A stretch of 64,000 nt of DNA from Octopus sinensis (GCF_006345805.1 NC_043015.1:53630001-53694000); one strand, 5' to 3'. Positions 39,822 to 51,455 are shown, counted from the stretch's first letter. The notes: generated by a model from the sequence alone, not told the origin. A program made the numbers and translations.

Positions 39822-40219
39822 TCTTTATATAAAAAAGTGAGGTTGTGTGCTGTCTGTCTCCTACGATTTAAATTCCTAACTACTCCCACATTTTGCGGTG
39901 CAGTTTAACCAAAACCGGGTATCTTATAGTCGTGATTCATATCGAGCCCTTCTGGGTATTAGCGCGCGTCTACGATGAGTCTACGATTTAAAAAAAAAAT
40001 TACCATCAATTTTTCCCATTTTTAATGCATTTTTGGCATATATAAGGCAAGTAACTCTCTAAAAATTTATTATTAAATCTCAGAACGTAAAAAGCTACAG
40101 TAACCCCCCACCCCCTAGTGGTTAGCCACATTGAGATGGCTATTATACTTTACATCTCTAAAAATGCTTATATAGTTATTTCCTTTACAAACCCGAACAA
40201 CGCCGGGCGATACTGCTAG
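39822..40219 (+). mobile_element. Non-autonomous Helitron (~398 bp)
   Basis: A|TCtttatataaaa 5' end, ctgtctgtc motif, subterminal hairpin cccg-aacaacgc-cggg (40192-40207), 3' CTAG|T; inserted in an AT dinucleotide with no TSD. Confidence 0.75.
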
Positions 40220-40509
40220 TGTGATATAAAAATTATACAGCATTATAAAATCTTAGCGATACATTAGCGAAATTCTGGAAGCTGAACGGCTTTCGTGAGC
40301 GAATCAGCACTTTCAAGACGCACCTTGGAACCTCCAACGGGACTCGGTACCGTCTCACAGCTCCAAACAGACAAAACACTAGATTCAGAAAGACATTCTG
40401 TCGTTCATACGCAAGGATGTATGGTAAACATTTGTAAATATAAACAAATATATTTATCGAAGAGTATTTTATACGGTGCCATGTTTTACAATCCTGTAGC
40501 TAATAATAA

Positions 40510-40795
40510 TGGTATTTTTATATAAGCTTAAGGCTTATGGCGATCAATGTGCAATGACTAAGGAAAATAATCTAATAAAGGGGCGTATAAGCCTTCGACA
40601 GAAAAAAGAGGGCTTACGTATCCGTGTGGGACCCGAGTGTGTATTTGTGTTAACAAGGGGATGTGGGTTCGAGTCTCACGCGGATAGGAAAGCCTTCTTT
40701 TTTCTGTCGAGGGCTTATATACCCCTTTTTTAGACTATTTTCCTTAGTCATTGCACGGTGATCACCATAAGCTTTAAGCTTATATAAAAATATCA
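40510..40795. mobile_element. Foldback/MITE-like palindrome, ~128-bp arms and ~30-nt loop
   Basis: tggtatttttatataagctta..tatccgtgtgggacccga pairs with tcgagtctcacgcggata..taagcttatataaaaatatca. Confidence 0.8.
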
Positions 40796-40934
40796 AATAT
40801 ATTTATATTTACACGTTTACATTTTTTGTTAGGAAAGTTAAGAGTAATGAAAATAACAGCAATGTTTCATCCCGTAACCAGGCGGGCGTATTACAACATG
40901 GCAGCCTAAACTCAGAATATTTAGCCACACACAA

Positions 40935-41060
40935 CTTTATGTATGGATATACCTGATGAGACCCAGACTGCAGAATGGATGCAACATAAAATGATGCACG
41001 GAGTCCCACCCATAAGGGACAGTAGGAGGATGGGTCGAAACGACCATTGTCCAAATAAAG
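40935..41060 (+). ncRNA. Candidate degenerate type-I hammerhead ribozyme
   Basis: CTGATGA (40953-59), stem II gaccca/tgggtc, GAAA (41037-40), weak stem III and GTC (41049-51). Stem I does not pair in register. Confidence 0.35.
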
Positions 41061-41229
41061 ATTAATACCAAATCCATCTTCTGGTTAGTTAATCAATTAT
41101 CATTATATTAACTACCACTGCAGAGTTCTTGAAGTAAATCCAACGGAAATATGCCCTGACTGCGGATGACACCAGGTAGCCGAAACCATGCGAGTGCTTT
41201 ACTCAACACTTCAAAACACTAATGGACAT

Positions 41230-41430
41230 ATTCTTTTACTTGTTTCAGTCATTTGGCTGCGGTTTTATTGGAGCACCGCCTTTAGTTGAACAAATCGACC
41301 CCCGGACTTATTCTTTGTAAGCCTAGTACTGATTCTAGGGGTTTCTTTTGCCGAATTCCTACGTTACGGGGAGGTAAACACACCAAGATCGGTTGTCAAG
41401 CGATGGTGGAGAACAAATCCAGACACACAA
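41230..41430 (-). mobile_element. SINE family A, 3' half
   Basis: ttttacttgtttcagtcattt..ggagcaccgcctttag..gtaagcctagtact..ggttgtcaagcgatg. Confidence 0.85.
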
Positions 41431-41467
41431 ATACATACATACATACATACATACATACATACATACA

Positions 41468-41501
<34 letters not shown>

Positions 41502-41549
41502 CATACATACATATATACATATATTCACATCCCTGTGATTACACGTCAA

Positions 41550-42110
41550 TGACAGAGCAGTGCATGCCATGAAGGTGACACTGGGCTAAAATATATGAAG
41601 TCCAGTACACCCATCATGACTACCTGTCTAATAAGGGTAGACCAAGCAAATGCCTCACAACCATTTGTTCATGATATGGTGATCTCATATTGAAAAATAC
41701 AGCACATGTCCTCGCAAGTACGGCGAAGTTAGAATTTTCCTGAGGTCGAGTAGCCCATCCTCCTCAAAAGGTCCCTGAATAAGGGTTGTTTAAGGATGAT
41801 GAACGAAGTACCCATGTTTCCAAAGGTGAATTATTCAAACCCCGAATAATTCCTCTCAACACATGACTATAAAGCTCCCCCACTAATTCTGCTCATAATC
41901 AGAGATACACATATCGTCAGCCACTAGGGAAGCCATGCTCAACTTGTTATGGTCAAACAACTAACAAGCAAATCTGTGGTAATGAGCAGAATATTTGTTG
42001 TAGCCCATCTTTGATACCAAAATAGATCATCTACATGATAACACTTTCAATCTGTTAAGATGAGAAGCCATGAGAGCCACGACCAGCCATGATGCCTGGT
42101 ATTGCATCAT
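41550..42110. mobile_element. ~560-bp element, old diverged copy 5, inverted relative to copies 1-4
   Basis: gacagagcagtgcatgccat..aaggtccctgaataagggttgtttaaggatg..agaagccatgagagccac..gcctggtattgcatca is the reverse complement of copies 1-3 with many substitutions. Confidence 0.85.
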
Positions 42111-42134
42111 AGAAGTCATACTGTTGTTATTTTT

Positions 42135-42297
42135 GATACGTTCAGAGTTCAAATTCCGCCGAGGTCCACTTTACCTTCTATCCTTTCAGGGTCGATAAAA
42201 TAAGAACCAGTCAAAAACTGAGACCGATGTAATCGACTCATTCCGACTCCCAAAATTTCAAGCCTAGTGCCTTTAGTTATTATTATCTTCATCAACA

Positions 42298-42300
<3 letters not shown>
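42135..42300 (+). mobile_element. SINE family B, 5'-truncated
   Basis: gttcaaattccgccgaggtccacttt..gtcgataaaataag..gatgtaatcgact..(ATT)n. Confidence 0.75.
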
Positions 42301-42339
<39 letters not shown>

Positions 42340-42394
42340 TATATTATTATTATTATTATTATTATCATCATCATCATCATCATCATTTTTATTA

Positions 42395-42600
42395 AGGCAG
42401 TGAGCTGGCAGAATCTTCAGCAGGCCGGGCAAAATGCTTATCAGCATTTCGTTCCGAGTTCAAACTCCGCCTAGGTCGCGTTTATCTTTCATGCTTTCCG
42501 GTGTCGATAATTAACTACCAGTTGAGGAGTGGAGTCGATGTAATCGACTTATCCTCCCCCGCACCGAATTTGTTTGGCTTATGCAAGAATTTAGAAAGTA
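42395..42600 (+). mobile_element. SINE family B
   Basis: ggcagtgagctggcagaatc..gagttcaaactccgcc..gtcgatgtaatcgactta. Confidence 0.75.
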
Positions 42601-42910
42601 TTCCAATCTGTTAATATTATCCGAGTTCATAATGGAGGAAGCTACGATTTGTTTACTGCAGTAATGTGTTCAGTTTTAAATATTTATTTGAGCAATATCG
42701 TTATGTCTAGAATATGATATACCGCATATCATTACTGTGTGATAACACAGGCGCCATTGCCTCTTATGAATGACATTTTAGAGTCGGTAATGAAGTAGAT
42801 TTTTCAGGATGCACCTGCAGAATTTACCTGCGTGGAGTGAAGAATATAGTGTAAATATTATAGTAATTTTATACATGAGCAAGTTATGAATGAGTGTATG
42901 AGTGTGTGGG

Positions 42911-43800
42911 AAAGCCCGTGGCTTAGAAATGAAGGTTATTCGACTCCCAATCATTTAGTCGGAAGTTCGATTCCTGGCGGGGTACGAAATGTTTTTTTTC
43001 CCACGAGAGTTCCAGACCCCAATTTTGAACGCACTTGCATACAGCCAATCACAGCTCAACTACCAAACTGATTTATGAGCGCATAACGAGTGATGAGTAA
43101 TAGAATAAGGTCACTTGGCTAAGCAATGACCACGCTGCGCTTCTCTATTAAGAACACTTGTTGTTCTTGTTTTTGTTCTCGTCTCAACCATGGCTGCTCT
43201 GCGTAGTTATTTGTGTTGTTGTTTACTTTCTAAAGCAGTAAGAGGAGAGGGTTGCTAGTACGTCTCCCTCTACCAGAATTTTCCCATCCATATCTTTACC
43301 ACATGGACCCCTAACAAAATCCGATAACAGGTATTGATGCAGATATATCTAATAACTTGTCTCCTTCTAAAATCAGGCATGACTTGGCGAACGGTCAACT
43401 TACAACACTGTTCTTCGTCATGAGTTTACATGGTAGTGTTCGTTAACTTGAAAATAAGGTCAAGGTGAACTCTGATTGGCTGTATGCAGATGAGATCATT
43501 ACTAGGGTCCCGAAATTTCGTGGGGAAAAACAATTTTGCTGACGGAGTGTCGTGCTCTTCTGCAAGGCACTTAATTTCATGTTGTGTCAGACAACTCAGC
43601 CGGCAAAATTGATCTATTCCTCGCTTTCGAGGTACAACTCAGAATTGTCACATTCTTAGTCACGCAGGAATCTCCCTGAGAACTAGTTTCAGGACACAAA
43701 GTGCCTGTGGAGTTCTGAGCCACCTGGACGATAGTTTCCCGATTAGGCTGTTCCGTTGATCGGATCAACTGGAAGCCTCGTTGTCGTTACCGACTGAGTG
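42911..43800 (+). mobile_element. Old SINE family C copy split by an insertion
   Basis: Head 42911-42985 (cgtggcttag..gttcgattcctggcg); body resumes at about 43540 and ends gatcggatcaactggaagcctcgttgtcgttaccgac. Confidence 0.65.
42990..43532. mobile_element. MITE-like insertion (~545 bp) with ~70-bp imperfect TIRs
   Basis: tgtttttttcccacgag..gaccc..tgcatacagccaatcacag versus ctgattggctgtatgca..gggtc..tcgtggggaaaaaca. Confidence 0.65.
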
Positions 43801-43898
43801 CGAGATTTGTGTGTGTGTGTGTGTGCGTGCGTGTTTGTGTATACGTATGCTAATATATGTATACAACCCAAAGAAAACACACACACACACATACACAG

Positions 43899-43929
<31 letters not shown>

Positions 43930-44670
43930 GTGTGTGTGTGTGTGTGTGTGTGTCCTTTAACTTTTACTTGCTTCAGTGAACAGAGTGCGGCCATGCCACT
44001 GCACCGGCCCGAAAAGTTTTTGAAGGGTGGAAACGGCTCCAGTACTTTATCTAAGTTTGCTAAATTCTCGGATCACAGGGTAATAGGAATGATGCAATCA
44101 CGTTCATTAGCTAACAGATATTTCTGCTATAAAAACCACCACACTTAGAGCTGAGTGCCTATACAATATGTTCTGGCCCTTTTGAGGCCATTAATAGGAA
44201 GTGAAATGATGTTCATATTTATATATTTCACAAGCTCTTAGATCTCAGTTCATTGTTTCTTACAGCCGAAACAAATGTAAGCTATTGTACTTCATTATGT
44301 TGTTCCTTTCCCTGTTCATTCAATTATTACATAGACACACACACACACACATACATACAAAAACACACGCACAAATGTATAGAAACATATATATATATAT
44401 ATATATACATATAAACATATATATATATATATATTATATATATATCATACAAGTATATGTATATAAAAATATACATATATATGTTATATATACACACATG
44501 CACACAGACGTACACCCATAATATATATATATATTATATATATATATATTATATATATATATATATATAATTAAAAATTTAGGTTAGCAAAAATATCAAT
44601 AGAAAAATTCCTTGCTACCAGCGGTCTAGCGAGAAGGAAAATTTAGTCAATAGACGACATTATTCATAGA

Positions 44671-44954
44671 AGAATACAGTGTACATACAAACACATAAGA
44701 GATAACCAAAAAAATAGGATATCTGACTCACTAGAAAGAGCAGTTAAAACTCCAAGCCATTAATAGTTGTAATTCTGAAAGGGAATGAAAAATAAAACAT
44801 TTTCCCTATTTTTCCTAGAGTAAATGTTATAATTTTTCATTCCCTTTCAGAATTGCAACTATTAGTGGCTTGGAGTTTTAACTGCTCTTTCTAGTGAGTC
44901 AGGTATCCTATTTTTTTGTTTATCTCTTATGTGTTTGAATGTACACTGTATTCT
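44671..44954. mobile_element. Foldback palindrome, ~130-bp arms and ~20-nt loop
   Basis: agaatacagtgtaca..tctgaaagggaatgaaaaat pairs with atttttcattccctttcaga..tgtacactgtattct, about 5 mismatches. Confidence 0.85.
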
Positions 44955-44976
44955 TATATATATACACCTATCTATA

Positions 44977-45195
44977 CGAGGTGGGTGCTGAAAAGTTCCT
45001 GGCTTTGAGTTTGAAAAATATAGGAGGATCAGTTAATTACGATTTTATTCAACCTATTCCCCACTCAGGTTCACACCGTTACTGCATTGGTCCTTCAGTT
45101 TTTCTAAGCCTTGTAAAAGAACTTGGAAGTTTCGGCCTCCAACTGGACCTTTCACTATACCCTTAAAGCCAGGAACATTTCAGCTCTCTCTCTCG
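44977..45195. mobile_element. Mariner-derived MITE (219 bp) with TA target duplication
   Basis: TA|cgaggtgggtgctgaaaagttcctggcttt..aaagccaggaacatttcagctctctctctcg|TA. The interior on the minus strand reads GLEKLKDQCSNGVNLSGE*VE*, a remnant of the transposase C-terminus. Confidence 0.85.
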
Positions 45196-46989
45196 TATAT
45201 GTATCGATTTATATATGTATGTGTGCGTTCGTGTGTGTGTTTGTGTGTGTTTGTGAGTATGTGTGTGCGTGTGTCTACGGATTGTTTAAAATGTGTATCA
45301 AACGTCCTCCATTTCGTGTCTAACTTCGTTTCCTTTAGTTCTCTCGCAACATATTTACCTCTTATAACAGATATTATCTTCGTCCTCCTCTCAATTTCTC
45401 GTAACAGAAAGCGGAAAAAAATAATAGATAAACAAGTAAATAAACAAGTAAAATGAATATCCTGTAAAACCTAGTTGATAATGACATTTACACCGACTGG
45501 CGAAACTCGTTTGTTTATACTTACGATAATGCGACTGTTAGCGTAACTTTCGGCAGAAAAGGATTCACTACGCTGAAGAAGAACTTGAGAAACATAAGAC
45601 GTGCAAAAAAAAGGAAGAAAATAAATAGGAACAGAAAAATAAAAAAAATACAATTGAGTTCTTCAAGCGCTAAAGGACTACATACGAAATAGTTACTTGA
45701 CCTATTTGTTGCAGATGGAAAAACAATCCTACATAGATACAGAAGGTATATGGATAGTATATATAAAACGCAGTATCCTGTTCCAGTTCAAACAGTGTAC
45801 ACGTATGTGTGTGCATGCGTGTACATATATATATATACATATATATATATACGTACACATATATGTATGTGTATGTACATATATATTACGTTCACATATA
45901 TTTACGTATGCGTATGTTTATGCGTATGTGTGTATAAATATATAAACGTATGTATACACTCATGCATTCACCCACACGTATATATATATATATGTATATG
46001 TATCCTGTTGACTAAGTTTGGTGTTTTTTCTTTCTAATGGCCTACCGCATAGTCCCTGCTGTAAAATATATGCATTTCACTAACTTATGACGAAACGGAG
46101 TTGTTTGTAATCTTACGAATGGACATATCTGATATTGTATTCCTGAAGAAAAGGCTGAATGGTCATTATTGGAATGCCTTACTAATAGGTTAGTTTGACC
46201 AGCGGCTAACCACAGACAACTTCAGGTTTTTCTAAACCTGTGCTACAATAATAAAAACCAAAGTCGAAGATTTTAAGGGAAATAGAGATGCTATTTCTTA
46301 CAGGAAATATAGCAGCCATATTGCAACACGTCTCTTAAATCCAACCCTCGTGACGTCATCAAATTGATAGCTTAAACTACAACTGACACCATAGTAAATG
46401 ATACATAAGCTGAAATAATACGAGATGGTCACAGAAAGAAGGGAATTAATTATTGTTCTGCACAATCAAATCTAACATGGGGGCTATACATAATTTGAAA
46501 ATATCAAAGAACTTACTAAACTAACATCGCAATTATTGATTTTGGTTCTGGAAAATAAAATAATCTAACGCAAGGTTTTGATTTGGACCAGTTTAAACCG
46601 GAAGTTTGTATCACAGAACCAGGAATGGTCTCAGACGCTGCTTGATATCAAATAAATTGAAAGCATATTGTTGTTTTTGCTATTTTCCACCATGTTAGGT
46701 TTGGTGAATCAAACTTTATGGTAGAGGATATTTCTGATTATCCATCCATTTTTTAAGAATATATCTATCACTACATTAGACAATACTTCCTTGCCTTTTA
46801 GCAGTTGTGATGCTGTTGTTTTTGGAAGATGTTATTTTTAAGACTCCGTTATTGAATATTATGTTAGTGTTACAAGAGACTTCGGAATACGTAGCCATTT
46901 AAAACTGCAACCAATTTTATAACTAAGCTGTCCTGTTGGTTGAACCAACAGACTCTTTATGGGTATGTTTATTTATTTTTTAACACATT

Positions 46990-47213
46990 TCTTTTACGTT
47001 TGGCAGAAGTTCAGAAATATTGAGTGGGTGGTGGGAGGGAAAAGTCGAGTACATTGACCCCAGTGCTCAAAATATACCTATTTCGACCACCAGAAAAGGG
47101 AGGAAATATACAATCGAGCTTTCGGGAATATAAGCACAGAACGTAAATACGCTGAAGAAATACCGGAAAACATTTTGTCCGGCATGCTAACGATTCTGCT
47201 CAGCTCCCTGCCT
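46990..47213 (-). mobile_element. SINE family B, degenerate
   Basis: gtcgagtacattgaccccagtg..cagaacgtaaa..gctaacgattctgctcagctccctgcc. Confidence 0.7.
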
Positions 47214-47244
47214 TGATTGGTTTATTAATATATTTATATCTCAT

Positions 47245-47457
47245 AAGTGGCGACTTGGAAGAATCGTTTCCGTGTCGGACAAAACGCTTAACGGCATTTG
47301 AATTGTGTTCACGTTCTGTGTTCGAATGAGATCGACTTTGCTTTTCATCCTTTAGGGGGTCGATAAAATACGTACCATTGAAACACTGAGTTCGATGTAA
47401 TCCACTCATCCCCTCGCCCCAAATTGCTGGCCTTGTGCCAAAGTTAGAAAGCAATAT
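47245..47457 (+). mobile_element. SINE family B, degenerate
   Basis: gtggcgacttggaagaatcgtt..gatcgactttgcttttcatcctttagggggtcgataaaatacgtacca..ggccttgtgccaaagttagaaagc. Confidence 0.75.
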
Positions 47458-49227
47458 ATTTATATCTTGCTGTCCATTCATAATTATAACATCAATTAAT
47501 GTTAATAGGAAATATAATGTTAAGTTATTCAAGTTATTCATATTCTTTTTAAAGATTATTAACGATCTAGTTGTACAGAAATGGTTTCAAGCAACAATTT
47601 GTATGCGTATTGTCTGTCTTCAGAGCATGGCTATAGTTATAACGGAATACCATGTTATGTCTTTCATATTTTCAGGCGAATGTTAACAATGTTATTGTCC
47701 TTACAATCTTTCAAGCTATAATTGAAACCTCATCTCTTGAGCTTCAGTGTCCTTCATATCAGTAATTAGAGGATTTCTCTCATTTGCCTGTTAGTATTTG
47801 AATCGGAAATATTGCATTACATAACACCAATGACGAATTAAATTTGTTGAGAGAAAAAGAACGATCGTGATTCCCATCTTTGTTTTTCTTTTTACCTTCG
47901 AAAGGAGGCATCTCAGTATCTTAAGAAATGTTACACGTTATTTAACGTTCCACATCTGTCATCTTCGTCCTGGCAATAAAGATTTCTACTGTAGGTAAAG
48001 AACAGACAGTTATGGTCCTGGAAGCATTAGATTAATTCCAATTGTTATTTATTTGTCCATATTTATATTTATCGACCATGGATGTGGAAAAGAGAATGTT
48101 GATCTACGTAGGATTTGAACTCGAATATTGTAATTACGTCGCTAAATGTGTGTGGAATGTATTCTGGGTCTCTAATACCGTTCTAATACACCATTTTTCG
48201 GTTAATTATAACTGTTACGAGTATAATTATACAAGCAGTGAGAGTTACGAAACACTCTCAAATGTTGACTTTAAAAAATAAAAAACTCGAAAAACAAAAG
48301 GAACGAAAATAGCAGAGTGGGAAATCGATATAACAACATTAAGCAAAATACTGGGAAAGATAAACCGATGATTTTCTGTGGCCACGTGACAGAGAAAAAG
48401 AAAAACGGGAAACAAAGGAGAATGGAAGGAAAATATTGGAAAGAAGCACGATGTTGGGTTAGAGATCCACGCTGGAATCGTAGACGGGAAAAAGGTGGAG
48501 TTAAACAAGAATTTTTCGGAAGGAACAAATGAGCGTGAAGAAAAGGAAGTAAACGTAACAAGCGCGAGAGAAGTGAATAAGGTGAAATTAAGTATGTTTG
48601 TGGAGCGAATAGAAAATTACAAGCTTGAGCTAGGGTGTGTCTGCAAATGTACAGGTACAGGATATAAGATTAGATGTGTAATGCCAGCAAGGCGGTATAA
48701 TGGACTAGTGTGATTCTGGATGGATTTGTGTTTGCATGTGTGTTTGTTGTGTGTGTGAGAGGTCGAGTAGAAAAAACGCGCTGTGAAATGCAATGAAACT
48801 GTTTAACCATGTCTTTTATTCGAGGGAATTTTACGAAAAAAAAAAGAAAAAACAAGTCCAATGCAATGTTAAGGTTTGTATAGATTAGATTTTAGTAAAA
48901 ACGAAAACGGGAAACGGCAGTACCATGGAGTTATGTAGTTCTTCCATAAACAGCGGGATTCCAGTGAGAATGGCTGGTAGCAATGAAGTGGTTGATGATA
49001 ATTCAGTGTTTCGGTGCTGTTGCGACCGACGTTCAATCAGTTAACCACCGACCATTTTTGCCTCTATATACTAAACTACCTCTACTGAAACATCCGGCAT
49101 TTGTGAAGTCGAAAGAAAAGGGTTCGTGACACAATCTTCGAAGCGTGTGCAACAGTGATATTCTAAATGAAGGAACAAAACAACCATGAGTGTATAAATG
49201 TAAGCAAACAAATATTTGTTCTTCTAT

Positions 49228-49534
49228 CGTTGTTGTTTGTCCCTTCTCCAGCCATGCCTGGCTCATAAGGGCCAGTTTCCCGGTTTCCTTGGCGTATAGG
49301 TTCCCCACCTGGATGGGGTGCTGGTCCGTCGCAGGTGAGCTGCAAGATGCAGCAGGAAAGAGTAAGAGAAATGTGTGGTGAGAGAATGAGCAGAAGTTCG
49401 CCATTACCTTCTGCAGGAGCCGCGTGGAGGTTGGGAGTTTCGCTCATAAACACACACATCGCCCAGTCTGAAATTCAAACCCGCGATCCCAAGACAGCGA
49501 GTCCGCTGCTGTAGCCACTAGGCCATGTGCTTCC
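49228..49534 (-). mobile_element. SINE family D, full length, 11-bp TSD with one mismatch
   Basis: Reverse complement ggaagcacatggcctagtggctacagcagcggactcg..gggtttgaatttcag..gcgacggacc..ggaaaccgggaaactggccc..aaacaacaac. tgttcttctat at 49217 and tgttcttttat at 49537. Confidence 0.85.
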
Positions 49535-49934
49535 ACTGTTCTTTTATTAGAAGCGTTGAAAATTTGTATTGTATGGAACAAATAAGATGATATTTATTCG
49601 AATGCAGAATTGCCGTTAGAGCAGCATTTTATTCGAAATAGTAGAAGTTTTAGTGTGAAAGTTTCAGGTAAATGAATCAGGATACCTTTGGTGGATGATG
49701 AAGGAATTCTTAACCAGGATTGCACTTACTTTGCAGCCACACTTAAAGACAGAAATTTTTAATGTTTAGAAGTTTCAAGAGTGGAAGTGGAAATGTTATA
49801 AATGGAGATGACACGACGGTGGTCAGTTTCGACTGATGGTCTTGAGAAACCTCGATGGGTAAAGTGTCAGACCATATGGTTGCGATTACTACTCGTGCCT
49901 ATGTAGACCAAATGATTTCTAATGGAGGTACAAG

Positions 49935-50110
49935 TCCAACATTCAGTCCATATCCCCGACCCAACTACATGACTGGTACTTTATTTGGTCGAACCCTGGA
50001 GGATGAAGTGCAAAGCTGACCACAATACGATTTGAATGCAGACTTAAAGAGCGGAAAAAATGCTGCAAAACATTTCTCTACGAAGCTCAAACAGTTTTGC
50101 TAGTATACAG
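49935..50110 (-). mobile_element. SINE family B, highly degenerate
   Basis: actggtactttatttggtcgaaccctggaggatgaagtgcaaagctgacc..gatttgaatgcaga. Confidence 0.55.
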
Positions 50111-50132
50111 TATTAACAAGGATAACAATAAT

Positions 50133-50350
50133 AATCCTTTCTACTAAAGGCACAATGTCTAGAATTTGTGGGGAAGAGTACTAATCAATTACATTGACCA
50201 CAGTGCATAACTGGTACTGATTTTATCGAACCTGAAAGGATAAAAACCAAAGTCGACCTCTGCGGAACTTGAACTCAGAACGTAGCGATGGGCGAAATAC
50301 GTTTAAGCATTTCGTCCAGCGTGCTAACGATTCTGCCAGCTCGCTACCTT
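50133..50350 (-). mobile_element. SINE family B (B2-type tail)
   Basis: aatcctttctactaaaggcacaa..ctggtact..aaagtcgacctctgcggaacttgaactcagaacgt..gattctgccagctcgctacc. Confidence 0.85.
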
Positions 50351-50351
50351 G

Positions 50352-50515
50352 ATGATGATGATGATGATGATGAAGATGATGATGATGATGATGATGATAA
50401 CAGCAAAGATAATAATGATAAAATATAATAATAACAATAATAATGACAACAACAATGATATTAAAATATAATAATGACAAAAGCAACAACAACATCAACA
50501 ATAATAATAATAATA

Positions 50516-50568
<53 letters not shown>

Positions 50569-50662
50569 TAATAATAATAATGATAAAATATAATAATAAC
50601 AATAATAATGACAACAATGATATTAAAATATAATAATGACAAAAACAACAACAACATCAACA

Positions 50663-50696
<34 letters not shown>
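50352..50696. repeat. (GAT)n/(TAA)n tract with a ~95-bp direct duplication abutting the gap
   Basis: 50411-50505 is repeated at 50575-50665. Confidence 0.85.
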
Positions 50697-50796
50697 NNNN
50701 NNNNNNNNNNNNNNNNNNNNNNNNNNNNNNNNNNNNNNNNNNNNNNNNNNNNNNNNNNNNNNNNNNNNNNNNNNNNNNNNNNNNNNNNNNNNNNNN
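50697..50796. other. Assembly gap (100 N)
   Basis: Run of exactly 100 n. Confidence 1.
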
Positions 50797-51040
50797 GAAT
50801 GTTGTCGCAGCGTGAGAGCAATACTTAAGAGAGAAGTGAATGCAAGAAACAGGATCGAAGCGATAAATACTTTAGCCATACCAGTCGTGACTTACAGTTT
50901 CAATATCATTAACTGGTCAGTTATTGAAATATGTAATCTTGACAGAAAAATACAAAAATTGTTGACAATGCATAGAATGCACCACCCTAAGGCAGATATA
51001 GAATGATTTTGTCTGCCAAGAAAAGAGGGAGACCGTGGAT
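50797..51040 (+). mobile_element. R4/Dong-like RT thumb fragment
   Basis: CRSVRAILKREVNARNRIEAINTLAIPVVTYSFNIINWSVIEICNLDRKIQKLLTMHRMHHPKADIE*FCLPRKEGDRG. Confidence 0.85.
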
Positions 51041-51051
51041 ATTAATAATAA

Positions 51052-51455
51052 TACTTTCTACTAGAAGCACAAAGCCTAAAATTTAGGGGAAGTGAGTAAG
51101 TCAATTACATCGACCTCACTGCGTAAATAGTACTTATTTAATCGACTCCCTAAAGGATGAAAAGCAAATTCGACCTCGGCTGCATTTGAACACAGGATGT
51201 AGCGACAGACGAAATACCTTTTTTTTTTTATTATCCACAAGGGGCTAAACATAGAAGGGACAAACAAGGACAGACATAGGTATTAAGTCGATTACATCGA
51301 CCCCAGTCCGTAACTGGTACTTAATTTATCGACCCCGAAAGGATGAAAGGCAAAGTCGACCTCGGCGGAATTTGAACTCACAACGTAACGCTGACGAAAT
51401 ACCGCTAAGCTTTTCGCTCGACGTGTTAACGTTTCTGCCGGTTGACCGACCTTAA
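51052..51455 (-). mobile_element. SINE family B with two body units (B1 unit then B2-tailed unit)
   Basis: Head at about 51400-51455; first unit ends gccccttgtggataataaaa-ggtatttcgtc; second unit ends aggctttgtgcttctagtagaaagtattatt. Confidence 0.85.

Noticed and set aside
48317-48713. ~100-aa purine-rich open frame
   Set aside because: K/E/R-biased by composition; no motif or convincing splice sites.
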